64,000 nt of DNA from a virus. The DNA is taken from IMG/VR virus record IMGVR_UViG_3300042389_001027, positions 64,619 through 128,618 of that record; one strand, written 5' to 3'. A model generated the notes under the pieces. It was not told the origin of the DNA, did no database searches, and was given only the letters and a program-made list of their open reading frames with translations. The translations under genes and the position numbers were made by a program. Each line of letters opens with the position of its first letter. The first letter of the stretch is position 1. Positions 37,751 to 46,545 of this stretch are shown here, in pieces.

Positions 37751-38266
37751 TTACGCCAACTTCCTCGCACACACTGGTCCGATACCCCGTGCGACTGATT
37801 CGGGGTCGTTCAGGAATCGCCCGCAGATGACGCAGTGACCGCACTCGTGTCCGAGCGCACCTGCCTGCTCAACGGTGAGCGCAACAATCGCACCCGTGCT
37901 GATTCGGTTGGCGAGGGTGACCATACCGCCACGCTCAAATGTCCACGAAGTGGCGAGAGCCTGCTTGGTCATTGCGTAGGTGTGTCCACCGCCGTTACGG
38001 GCAGGGCGCACGAACCATACGGTTGAGTGAGCCGATTCCCAGTAGAACCCAACGGGGGGAACTGGCAACGCCTGAGCACCATTGCGTTGGACTTGGCGAG
38101 CCTGAGCCTTGTTGCGCATGGAAACCGCAGAGCGAATCTGAGCCTCCGTGAGCGTACGGTGACGACGGTAATACTTGGCGAGATTCTGAGCGAAGTCAGA
38201 CCAAGTCTGATTGCCGAGCCAAACTGCGAGGTCTGCTACCTCGGAAGCGTCTAGTTGAGTGGACAT
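37751..38266 (-). CDS. DUF6011-like Zn-finger protein
   Basis: C-terminal CVICGRFLNDPESVARGIGPVCARK. Confidence 0.85.
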   Translation of the reverse strand: MSTQLDASEVADLAVWLGNQTWSDFAQNLAKYYRRHRTLTEAQIRSAVSMRNKAQARQVQRNGAQALPVPPVGFYWESAHSTVWFVRPARNGGGHTYAMTKQALATSWTFERGGMVTLANRISTGAIVALTVEQAGALGHECGHCVICGRFLNDPESVARGIGPVCARKLA

Positions 38267-38305
38267 TGCAACCCCTTTCATGGGTCTAGTAGGTTTACGA
38301 AATCA

Positions 38306-38334
38306 ACTATACAACGGGGGTGTTACATAGTCAA
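38306..38334 (-). promoter_or_regulatory. Sigma70-type promoter with ACACCCC spacer motif
   Basis: TTGACT-17-TATAGT. Confidence 0.8.
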
Positions 38335-38617
38335 GGATTATCTGAAAAAAGTGTAAATAAACTTCGCCAGACATTTGCCAGCCCAACCCAACCGCTGTCC
38401 CAAACCGAACTCACCAAACCCCCACAGCCCCCGCTTTCCGCCACCGTCGCCCTTGTAGCGCAATCCCACACGCACCACCCGCAGGGGCGCACGCACCCCC
38501 ATAGCCCCGCAGCGGCGCATAACGCGACACGTTACGTCACAGCCCCGCTTGACAGAGTCGGCGGCGGGACTCGCGGGGTCGGGCGAGCAGAATCTTGGTC
38601 AAAATCTTGGGTAAAGA

Positions 38618-38642
38618 AAAACCCCGCCATTTCTGACGGGGT
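38618..38642 (-). terminator. Intrinsic terminator
   Basis: ACCCCGCCA/TGACGGGGT stem plus A-tract. Confidence 0.7.
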
Positions 38643-38661
38643 GATTCTGTGGTTGTGAGGT

Positions 38662-38829
38662 TCAGGAGTTGGCGTTTGTTTTTTCGTTGCTGTGTGATTG
38701 CTCAACGATTCTGTTTAGCCAGAACCGACTAGCACCGAATGCGTACGGGTAACCGTGCTGTTCCACCATCTCGGGGAGTTGGTCTAGTAAATCCTTGATT
38801 GCCTTTATGTCTGCCTTGGTGAGTTCCAT
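38662..38829 (-). CDS. Small hypothetical protein (55 aa, not in the ORF track)
   Basis: CTACTAGAAAGG leader; MELTKADIKAIKDLL... Confidence 0.7.
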   Translation of the reverse strand: MELTKADIKAIKDLLDQLPEMVEQHGYPYAFGASRFWLNRIVEQSHSNEKTNANS

Positions 38830-39013
38830 GTTTACCTTTCTAGTAGTTGCCCCTACCTTAGCGGAGGGGTGTTGTATAGATAACGGATAGACCGAGGGGA
38901 TTAGTGCGCTATCTCAATGTGACGCACGCCACACCCAACAATGCGAGACTATGTTACACCCATCTGTTAGATTTATCTCATAGAAGTACTAGACCCATGA
39001 AAGGGGGGAAATA

Positions 39014-39340
39014 ATGAATACACGAATCCGTGAAGGTCGCCAATGTGACCCGAAGGTACTCCGTGACCAAATCGGAATGATGACGGTCTTGGCAGTATCG
39101 GGTGGGCGATGGGGTGCTATCCGTGACAACGAAGGCGAACCCATCGGTGTCATCTTTCCGTGCGGAACAAATCGCACGGTAGAGGTCACCCTGTCCTTTT
39201 GGGACACCTACACCGTACGGCGCTACCGCCAAGTGGTGAGAGGCGAGCGCAGAGGCGAGGACATTCTTGAGCACGAAGCAACGAATGTCTACTGCGACGA
39301 AATCAGCGAAGCGGTCTACACCGCTAGTTGTTGGAAATAA
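39014..39340 (+). CDS. Conserved phage hypothetical protein
   Basis: DTYTVRR...NVYCDE motif; followed by a terminator. Confidence 0.8.
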   Translation: MNTRIREGRQCDPKVLRDQIGMMTVLAVSGGRWGAIRDNEGEPIGVIFPCGTNRTVEVTLSFWDTYTVRRYRQVVRGERRGEDILEHEATNVYCDEISEAVYTASCWK

Positions 39341-39365
39341 TCCCACCAGCGCACAGAACCAAGAG

Positions 39366-39393
39366 ACCCGCCCCCACAAAGGGCGGGTTTTTT
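39366..39393 (+). terminator. Intrinsic terminator
   Basis: ACCCGCCC/GGGCGGGT plus T-tract. Confidence 0.85.
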
Positions 39394-39619
39394 GATGCCC
39401 CAACACAAACGAACCCGAACAACCCCCAGAAGAACACCCCCGCAGCCCCGCCGCACCTTGCTGGCAACGGGACTTCTGGACGAATAAATCAACCCCAGAA
39501 CCAGGTCATCCGCCAGGTCAACCAGAACAATCAAAAAAAGTCAAGTTTTTTCTGACAAAAAGACACCCAAGGGTACTTGCCCCCAAAATCAACAAAAAAA
39601 ACAAGAAATCTAGTAACAT

Positions 39620-41548
39620 TTGCCTGTGCCTGAGACGCAACTATTACTTGCCGACGACCATCTTGTCCTCATCTTCCCGTACGACAAAGACCAGGTTGAT
39701 GAAATCAAACGCATCAAGAACTCCAAATGGGACAAGATAGCGAAAGTCTGGAGAGTCCCGATGACAAGTCTTAATGAGGCGCGGGACTTCGCAGCCAAGC
39801 ACGGCTTCTGGGTGGAACCAGATGTACTTCGCTTTGACCTCCCAGAACCAGACAACCAGGTGTTCGGGGTCCTCCTAGAAAAAGATTGGATTTACCTCTC
39901 TTTTGCCTTTGACCCAGTAAAAGTCAAGGCGGTCAAACAAATACCGAGCATAACTTGGCACGCAAAGACCAAATCATGGCGTGCGCCCCTCGCTTCCATC
40001 CACGAATGTATTGATTGGGCGAAGAAGTTTCGTGAAGTTTTACCGCAGGACCTAGAAGACCTGGCTGCGGGAATCCTCCAGAAGCATCAAGAATCCGTGA
40101 AAGAGTCCCGTGCTACCGATGCAGACATCTCTGTTGCGGGGCTGCCGCTGCTCCCGTACCAGAGAGCGGGCGTAAAGTACGCCGCAGCCGCACGCAGGAC
40201 CTTTATCGCCGACGATATGGGGTTAGGGAAAACCATTCAGGCGATTGCGACCGTGGAATATGTGTACGACTCGTACCCAGCGGTTGTGGTCTGCCCACCG
40301 AACTTGGTGCTGAACTGGGTAAATGAGTACCAAAAGTGGTTACCTAGCAGGAAAGTTGTTGCCGTAACCGACCGAAAGTCCTTCCCCGAGGAAGAGTTTG
40401 ATGTTCTTGTTGTCGGATACTCCAACATCACCCATTGGGAAAAGCGTCTGACGGGGATGCGTTCGTACGTGTTTGACGAATCCCATTACATCAAGACCCC
40501 AACCTCCCAAAGAACTAAATCTGCCATCAAGATGTCCAAATCAGCCCCGCCAGAAGGAATCGTTCTGGCTTTGACGGGAACCCCAGTCACGAATCGTCCA
40601 GCCGAGTACGCATCCCAACTGGACGCAATCGGTCGTTTGGATAAGTTTGGAGGACTTTGGGGGTTTTACCGACGGTATTGCGGTGCTTTCCGAGACAGAT
40701 TTGGTCAATGGAACATCTCTGGACACAGCAACCTGGACGAACTCAACGAAAAACTCCGAGGAAACTGCTACATACGCAGAACCAAAGACCAGGTTCTGGA
40801 GGACCTGCCGCCAGTCCGCCATGCTCCGCTCGTGGTCAGCGGGACTTCAGCGGCGATGAAGGAATACCGAAAGGCGGAGGAGGACATCGTTGAGTACCTG
40901 GTTGCCCGAGCGAAGGAACTCGCCGAGGAACTGGGTGTTTCACCAAAGTCAGCCGCTGTTCTCGCAAAAATCAAAGCCGAATCCAACGAACACATGGTGA
41001 AGTTGAGTGTTTTGCGCCGTCTAGCCGCCAAAGCCAAGATGGAAGCAGCGAAAGAAATCATAGAAGCACACATTGAGGCTGGTCAGAAAGTTGTTGTTGC
41101 TGCCCACCACAGGGACATCGTTGATGAACTCGCAGCCAGGTTCGGGGACATGAAAATCCAGGGCGGGATGAAGGTGGAAGATGTTGAGGCTGGGAAGTCC
41201 CGTTTTCAGAATGAACCCGTCGGGACTGCTCCCGTGATGGTGCTCAGTATCCAAGCCGCGAAGACTGGGCATACTTTGACCGCAGCGCAAGATGTTTTGT
41301 TTATGGAGTTGCCATGGACGCCAGCCGACGTTGACCAAACTTATTCAAGATGCCACCGACTTGGGCAGAAAGGTTCAGTCACGGCGACTTATCTTTTGTG
41401 TGAGGGAACGGTGGACCAGCAAATCTATGACCTCATTGAGGCGAAGCGAAGCATTGTGAATGTCGCTACCGATGGGGGCGAAGTTGATAAAGCGGAGTCC
41501 GTTGGCTCTGCGCTCGTCGGGTTGTTCACCGAACGAGGCTTGACTTGA
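39620..41548 (+). CDS. SNF2-family helicase with two N-terminal HARP-like domains (SMARCAL1-like)
   Basis: ADDMGLGKT, DESH, LTGTP, RCHRLGQ; two F.YD/FD...W....W.VP repeats. Confidence 0.9.
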   Translation: MPVPETQLLLADDHLVLIFPYDKDQVDEIKRIKNSKWDKIAKVWRVPMTSLNEARDFAAKHGFWVEPDVLRFDLPEPDNQVFGVLLEKDWIYLSFAFDPVKVKAVKQIPSITWHAKTKSWRAPLASIHECIDWAKKFREVLPQDLEDLAAGILQKHQESVKESRATDADISVAGLPLLPYQRAGVKYAAAARRTFIADDMGLGKTIQAIATVEYVYDSYPAVVVCPPNLVLNWVNEYQKWLPSRKVVAVTDRKSFPEEEFDVLVVGYSNITHWEKRLTGMRSYVFDESHYIKTPTSQRTKSAIKMSKSAPPEGIVLALTGTPVTNRPAEYASQLDAIGRLDKFGGLWGFYRRYCGAFRDRFGQWNISGHSNLDELNEKLRGNCYIRRTKDQVLEDLPPVRHAPLVVSGTSAAMKEYRKAEEDIVEYLVARAKELAEELGVSPKSAAVLAKIKAESNEHMVKLSVLRRLAAKAKMEAAKEIIEAHIEAGQKVVVAAHHRDIVDELAARFGDMKIQGGMKVEDVEAGKSRFQNEPVGTAPVMVLSIQAAKTGHTLTAAQDVLFMELPWTPADVDQTYSRCHRLGQKGSVTATYLLCEGTVDQQIYDLIEAKRSIVNVATDGGEVDKAESVGSALVGLFTERGLT

Positions 41549-41573
41549 CAATATAACACCCCCATGATATACT
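41545..41573 (+). promoter_or_regulatory. Sigma70-type promoter with ACACCCC spacer motif
   Basis: TTGACA-17-TATACT. Confidence 0.85.
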
Positions 41574-41604
41574 TACTTTATACCTACTAGAAAGGACTAG
41601 AAGT

Positions 41605-41832
41605 ATGGAATCAGGATATCTAAACGGGAGTCGTTGGTGGGTCACCCTCAACTACAACTCCACACGCAAGTTCAGTATCAGTTACTTGGCTAAAGGGGCA
41701 AGCAGAATGTCTAAACACGACATTGTGACTTACCGTGAAGGTGCGCCACACTACGAGGCGTATACGACAGAAACGGGCAAAACCATACCGCAGTTTGTGG
41801 CGAAAGCACTTTGGGAGTTCATAAACCAATAA
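41605..41832 (+). CDS. Hypothetical protein
   Basis: CTACTAGAAAGGA leader; own promoter and terminator. Confidence 0.75.
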   Translation: MESGYLNGSRWWVTLNYNSTRKFSISYLAKGASRMSKHDIVTYREGAPHYEAYTTETGKTIPQFVAKALWEFINQ

Positions 41833-41850
41833 CTAAAAACCAAACCAAGG

Positions 41851-41882
41851 AGCCCACCCGTCAAAAGGTGGGCTTTTTCTTT
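41851..41882 (+). terminator. Intrinsic terminator
   Basis: AGCCCACC/GGTGGGCT plus T-tract. Confidence 0.85.
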
Positions 41883-41952
41883 GCCCCTTCCCGTTAGCCC
41901 CGCACGACCAGTTGCGCGGCGGGGCTGCGGGGTCTATTCTGCCGACGGTTAG

Positions 41953-42026
41953 CCTCCGTGATGCGTCTGGTTGACGCAGGGTGTCTTATACACACCTGTA
42001 GCAGGGTTCAATCCCCTGACGGAGGA
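41953..42026 (+). tRNA. tRNA-Ile(TAT), atypical
   Basis: Acceptor CCTCCGT/ACGGAGG; D arm TGCG/CGCA; anticodon arm GGTGT-CTTATAC-ACACC; T arm CAGGG-TTCAATC-CCCTG; G at position 8; no encoded CCA. Confidence 0.7.
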
Positions 42027-42087
42027 CTCCTGAATAAATCTCAACAAAAGCCTTGACATTCATACACCCACTGAGTAACATGAAGGC

Positions 42088-42252
42088 ATGAACTTTGATG
42101 AACTACTAGACGAGTTGTTCCGACCCCTCACTGAGTGTTGCGGAAAGATACCAAGCGACCGAGGTGATGTCGGCTACTGCCACTACTGCGAGATGAGCAT
42201 GGAGTGGTGTCAATGCGACGCAGATGATTTCTGTAAGTGTGTACCCAAGTAA
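42088..42252 (+). CDS. Small Cys-rich protein (54 aa, leaderless, not in the ORF track)
   Basis: TTGACA-17-TAACAT-N6-ATG; ECC...CHYC...CQC...CKC. Confidence 0.6.
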   Translation: MNFDELLDELFRPLTECCGKIPSDRGDVGYCHYCEMSMEWCQCDADDFCKCVPK

Positions 42253-42306
42253 CTCTGTCACACCCCCGCTGTATAGTGATGTTGTAACTACTAGAAAGGT
42301 AAAGCA

Positions 42307-42564
42307 ATGGGCATTGATTACGACGCATGGCTAGAACAGCCATACCAAGATGCTTGCGATGCGCAAGACGCATACGACGAAGCAGAAGAGTCCTACCGAG
42401 AGTCTGACTATTACTGGGAAGACTACGAAGAGTGGCTAAAGACCAACGAAGGTAAGTCTGAAGCAGATTGGGGAGAGACCAGCGACTACGTAAAGTCCGT
42501 TGAGTCCTACCAAGCAATGAAGAACGAACCACCAACCGAGGAGGATTACTATGGTCGGTACTGA
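42307..42564 (+). CDS. Very acidic, aromatic-rich small protein
   Basis: CTACTAGAAAGG leader; D/E/Y/W-rich. Confidence 0.75.
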   Translation: MGIDYDAWLEQPYQDACDAQDAYDEAEESYRESDYYWEDYEEWLKTNEGKSEADWGETSDYVKSVESYQAMKNEPPTEEDYYGRY

Positions 42565-42841
42565 AACTAAATACGACGGCGCAATCAACGAGCCCGTACC
42601 ATTCGTAGGCACACCCGAAGAAGCGGAAGCCAACTTCGCCACACACCACTTCGGTTACGACGGCGAAGATTATGACGCTCGTTGTATCTCATGTGACTCA
42701 AAAGTGTGGCACAAATCAGCCAACTACCCATGCGGAACAGAAGTACCGAGGCAAGTTCGTGTGTTCTTTACCGACGGCACGGAAGTCGTCATGACCGAGC
42801 AAGAACACGACATTTTGCTCAAATCAGCAGAAAAAATCTAA
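42551..42841 (+). CDS. Hypothetical protein
   Basis: GAGGAGG RBS; RCISCD...YPCG. Confidence 0.75.
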   Translation: MVGTETKYDGAINEPVPFVGTPEEAEANFATHHFGYDGEDYDARCISCDSKVWHKSANYPCGTEVPRQVRVFFTDGTEVVMTEQEHDILLKSAEKI

Positions 42842-43044
42842 CAAATAACACAACTCGCAAATCTGTGTATTTACTGGGGAAACTTGGTTTATACACGGAT
42901 TTATTGCGGGGCTGATGCGTCTTCGGGGCGAACTTCTGGAGGCATCAAGGTAAACTATAAGTCGTGACATATTGACATAGAAACATCGGCGAACCTTCCT
43001 CGTTCCACGCCGATGCCTTATCCACCTAGTGAAAGAGAAAACCA

Positions 43045-43611
43045 TTGCGACAACACATCTTCGCACCTCTTATTGTCCTATTCATCGGATTGTTCGGAAT
43101 AGAAGTTCTCGCTTCCGACTCCACGAGCATTACTACTAGCACTAGTCCCGCGACCATCGCACCTATCCCGACCAACCCGCCTCCGCCGAGAACCGTGGTC
43201 ATCACTCCGCCCCCGACTACAACAACTGTGGTTCTGACTGAAGAGCAAATCGCTGGTCTTCGTCAACTCCAAGTAGAAAAAGACAGAGAAACTTGGGGTA
43301 AATGTGGGGAATGGCACGACCTTGCTATTCAGGTTGGCTGGCCCGAAGCGCAGTGGAAGTACCTCCAACAAGTCATTTACCGTGAAAGCCGCTGCCAAGT
43401 AGATGCTTGGAACGGTGCCGATGCGGGGCTCCTACAAATCAACCAAATCCATCGGTCGTACATCGGTGAACTTGGCATGGGCGAGCATCCTGACGCAATG
43501 TTTGATGCAGAAAACAATCTGTGGTTCGGATTGTTGTTGTGGGAAGGAAGCGGAAAGAACTGTTGGAAGCATTGGCGTTTCAGCGGACAAACATTCGGGT
43601 GTGAGAAATGA
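43045..43611 (+). CDS. Secreted lytic transglycosylase (SLT-like)
   Basis: Signal/TM, P/T linker, RESRC...DAGLLQIN...DAENN. Confidence 0.85.
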   Translation: MRQHIFAPLIVLFIGLFGIEVLASDSTSITTSTSPATIAPIPTNPPPPRTVVITPPPTTTTVVLTEEQIAGLRQLQVEKDRETWGKCGEWHDLAIQVGWPEAQWKYLQQVIYRESRCQVDAWNGADAGLLQINQIHRSYIGELGMGEHPDAMFDAENNLWFGLLLWEGSGKNCWKHWRFSGQTFGCEK

Positions 43612-44744
43612 ACCCAATGTTTCTGTTCCGAGGAGTTATTGCAGTTTGGTTTACCACTTGGGGGCTCTTTGCGTTTGCGCCAAGCAAGAAAGAACCCGAA
43701 GCCGTCGTACGTGATTCTGTACGTGCGCCGATAACTGCGCCCGCACCAACAGTCCCGCCGACTACTCAGCCCGCTCCTGTGCAGCCAGATGCGCCATCAA
43801 CGCCATCTGCAACACCAATCCCTCTCGTTTCGTACTGGGAAAAGATTGCCAAATGTGAAACCAACAGCAACTGGCAACACAAAGGTGGTAACGGCGCAGG
43901 TCATTACTATGAGGGCGGTCTTGGTATTTATGATGGGACTTGGCTCGCATGGGGTGGCGATGAGTTTGCTCAACACGCATATGAAGCAACTAAGGAAGAG
44001 CAAATCATTGTTGCTAACCGAATCGCTTTGTTTGGTTACGAACAAGTTCGGACACGAGATGCCGAGTGGGCAAAAGTCAAGGGCGTACCAGCCACTTATC
44101 TGTACAAGAAGAGCCCCGTGGGTTTTAATGGGTGGGGATGCAACCGTCGCAACGGGGCTCCCGCGTTGTTTTACTATCCAGACCCAGAACGGTTCTTGAC
44201 GACGGCGTTCGCGTTCAGCCAACGCGGAGTTGAGGTTCATGATTTACAGCAACTTCTTGGTGTGAAAGCCGACGGCTGGTACGGAAAAGCAACCCGAAAC
44301 GCTCACTACAAGTATTTGGTTGAGGAAAATCTTCCAACTGATGTTGTCCCATCTATTCCAGCAAGCAGTCGTGCACCGAGAAGCGGTTACAAGTTTGTTG
44401 AGTGGAACGGAGATGTCGCAGAGATTCCTGTTGATGCGACTAAGCGATGCCCGCAGTACGAAGCAAAGTTTGCTCAGCACGGTCTTCCTGTGGAGATTTT
44501 CTCGTTCATTGCTTGGCGGGAGTCCCGTTGTAATCCGAAGTCGGAGAACTGGACTCTGAATGCGAATGGAACGAGCGACCACGGATTGGTGCAAATAAAC
44601 TCGTCGTGGAAAACGGTGACATCGCAAACTTGCGGTAGCAAGATGGGTGACCTAAGTGTGTTGCTTGATGTGAACTGCAACCTCAAGGTAGCCAAGAGGT
44701 TGTTAGAGATTTCTAGTAATCCGTTAGGTAACTGGAACCTTTAG
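43608..44744 (+). CDS. Rpf-like transglycosylase plus PG-binding plus SLT domain protein
   Basis: WEKIAKCETNSNW...GGL....TW...A..ATKEEQI..A (Rpf); LQQLLGVKADG.YG..T; RESRCNP...DHGLVQIN. Confidence 0.85.
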   Translation: MNPMFLFRGVIAVWFTTWGLFAFAPSKKEPEAVVRDSVRAPITAPAPTVPPTTQPAPVQPDAPSTPSATPIPLVSYWEKIAKCETNSNWQHKGGNGAGHYYEGGLGIYDGTWLAWGGDEFAQHAYEATKEEQIIVANRIALFGYEQVRTRDAEWAKVKGVPATYLYKKSPVGFNGWGCNRRNGAPALFYYPDPERFLTTAFAFSQRGVEVHDLQQLLGVKADGWYGKATRNAHYKYLVEENLPTDVVPSIPASSRAPRSGYKFVEWNGDVAEIPVDATKRCPQYEAKFAQHGLPVEIFSFIAWRESRCNPKSENWTLNANGTSDHGLVQINSSWKTVTSQTCGSKMGDLSVLLDVNCNLKVAKRLLEISSNPLGNWNL

Positions 44745-44746
44745 GT

Positions 44747-44953
44747 TTACCAATGTCGCCAAGTGCGACCCCATCTCGGGGAAGTTGTTCTGAGGTATGT
44801 TGCCAAGATTGGCATACGGTTCTCAATAAGTTTCGGGAACAGAACATGGACTGCGAGGTCTATGGTGCGAACATACTTACAGGGGCTTCCAAAGAAGTAT
44901 CTGCTTCGTGGTTCTGACTCATGGAGTCTTGCTAGTTCTAGTACTTGATTCAT
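44747..44953 (-). CDS. Hypothetical protein (leaderless)
   Basis: TTGACA-17-TATACT-N6-ATG at 44960-44988. Confidence 0.55.
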   Translation of the reverse strand: MNQVLELARLHESEPRSRYFFGSPCKYVRTIDLAVHVLFPKLIENRMPILATYLRTTSPRWGRTWRHW

Positions 44954-44992
44954 AATGTGAGTATAACAGCGGGGTGTCGTATTGTCAAGTAT

Positions 44993-45397
44993 TTAGATTT
45001 TACTGGCTACCCACTTCACGCCATTCCACCACACAACCCGACGAACGCCTGCGTACTCTAACTCGGGTACACACCTGCGACACGGGTGCGAAGGCAATAG
45101 CCGACCCGATGCCCCAAGCCGAGCCACATAGATGGTTCCGCCACGAGCCTTTCTCCCCATCAGCCGAAGGGCATTCATTTCTGCGTGCGTGCTCTGGTGA
45201 AGGAAGGACACAGACTTCTGGTTCCTGAGTCGGTTCAGTCCAGATGCCACACGTCCCGCTTTGACGATGACGGCACCAACGCGAGTGCGGTGACGGGACT
45301 TCTCTGCGGCTTTGATGGCTTTGGCGACATGGCGAAAGTCGGCTCCAGACAGGTCGGATGTGAACTTTTCTGGTTGATTTACATTTCGGGTTGTCAT
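44993..45397 (-). CDS. Cytidine/deoxycytidylate deaminase-like protein
   Basis: VGAVIV...N...HAE..A...PCRRC Zn motif. Confidence 0.85.
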   Translation of the reverse strand: MTTRNVNQPEKFTSDLSGADFRHVAKAIKAAEKSRHRTRVGAVIVKAGRVASGLNRLRNQKSVSFLHQSTHAEMNALRLMGRKARGGTIYVARLGASGRLLPSHPCRRCVPELEYAGVRRVVWWNGVKWVASKI

Positions 45398-45509
45398 CCC
45401 CGTATCTTTCTGCTAAAGTTATCTAAACAGGTTCTCATCAGAGCACTTGACAAACCAATACGGTTCCACTAAACTTCAGGGAATCTACTAGAAGAAAGAA
45501 AGGACAGCA

Positions 45510-46535
45510 ATGTCTCACGACTTAGAAATCAAAGCAAATGGGGAGGCGAAGTTTGCGTACGCAGACCGAGAAGCCCCTTGGCACAGACTCGGCAAGCCCA
45601 TGAAGGGTCTCCAAACAATGGATGCCATGTTGGAGGCAGCGGAAGCGGACTACCAAGTGATTCTCACAAAGGTCGCAGCGGTAAACGAAGATGGCGAGTT
45701 CATCTTGGATGTGAACGGTAAGCCCGTCATCATTGACGACAGTCGGGCAACAGTCCGTGCGAATACCGATGGCACCTACGATTCGTTGGCAACCGTAGGC
45801 AACCGTTACGAAGTGCGTCAGAACCGTGAGGTTCTAGAGCGTGCGTTGGCAGTTGTCGGAGCGAGCAAGGGCGACGCAGTGATTGACACTTGCGGAGTTC
45901 TCCGTGGCGGTGCGAGATTCTTCTCCACTATTGACCTCGGCTCTCTCGTCATTGACCCAATGGGCGTGAATGACCGTATCGCACGGTTCCTTGTCGTATC
46001 CACGGGTCACGACGGCGTGTGGCCAATCCGTTATGCGAATACCGACATTCGTGCGGTGTGTCAGAACACTGTGATTATGGGTCTCCGTTCAGCGGAGCGC
46101 ACATTCACGGCACGACACACTCGTAATGTGGATACCGCACTTGACGACGCTCAGACCGTTCTCCGAATGAACACCGAATGGGCGAGAGAGTTCAAGGCAA
46201 CCGCAGAGCGAATGCTCACAATCCCAGTCCCCCAAGCATCATTTGCGATTGACAAGGTTCTCAATACCGTATTCCCTAAGAAGTCGGATGAGACAGACCG
46301 TCAGCGCAAGAACCGTGACGAGAATCTTTCACTCGTGCGTTCGCTCTATGCGAATGAGCGCAATGCGGGAGGATTCGGTTACAACGGTTGGTCTATCTAC
46401 AACACTGTTGTGGAATACCTTGACCACTGGCGTGACGACGACAAGATTGCGATGGCAACAGCATCCATGGATGACAACTCGTGGGTCACACGCAAGAAGT
46501 TGGAAACACAGAACGCAGTGCTCGCACTCGTCTAA
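45510..46535 (+). CDS. DUF932 family phage/plasmid protein
   Basis: MSH...PWHRLG...Y.V.QN...GHDG...IRAVCQNT...RHT. Confidence 0.9.
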   Translation: MSHDLEIKANGEAKFAYADREAPWHRLGKPMKGLQTMDAMLEAAEADYQVILTKVAAVNEDGEFILDVNGKPVIIDDSRATVRANTDGTYDSLATVGNRYEVRQNREVLERALAVVGASKGDAVIDTCGVLRGGARFFSTIDLGSLVIDPMGVNDRIARFLVVSTGHDGVWPIRYANTDIRAVCQNTVIMGLRSAERTFTARHTRNVDTALDDAQTVLRMNTEWAREFKATAERMLTIPVPQASFAIDKVLNTVFPKKSDETDRQRKNRDENLSLVRSLYANERNAGGFGYNGWSIYNTVVEYLDHWRDDDKIAMATASMDDNSWVTRKKLETQNAVLALV

Positions 46536-46545
46536 CCAGCACCAA

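Larger units (their letters stand above)
20597..38455 (+). repeat. Dispersed polar 24-bp element, 13 co-oriented copies
   Basis: Consensus GCTWTMCGCCACCGTCRNNNYTTG at 20597, 20951, 21346, 21715, 22077, 23100, 23835, 27018, 29677, 32669, 34619, 35577, 38433. Confidence 0.9.
25339..41926. repeat. Dispersed inverted site AGYCCCG-N16/18-CGGGRCT, 9 copies
   Basis: Starts at 25339, 29737, 32764, 34828, 35645, 37287, 38541, 39444, 41896; spacer is 17 in seven of nine. Confidence 0.85.

Noticed and set aside
20597-38455. 24-bp element as a CRISPR repeat or integron attC
   Set aside because: Copies are hundreds to thousands of bp apart, non-palindromic and sometimes inside CDSs; there is no integrase in the window.
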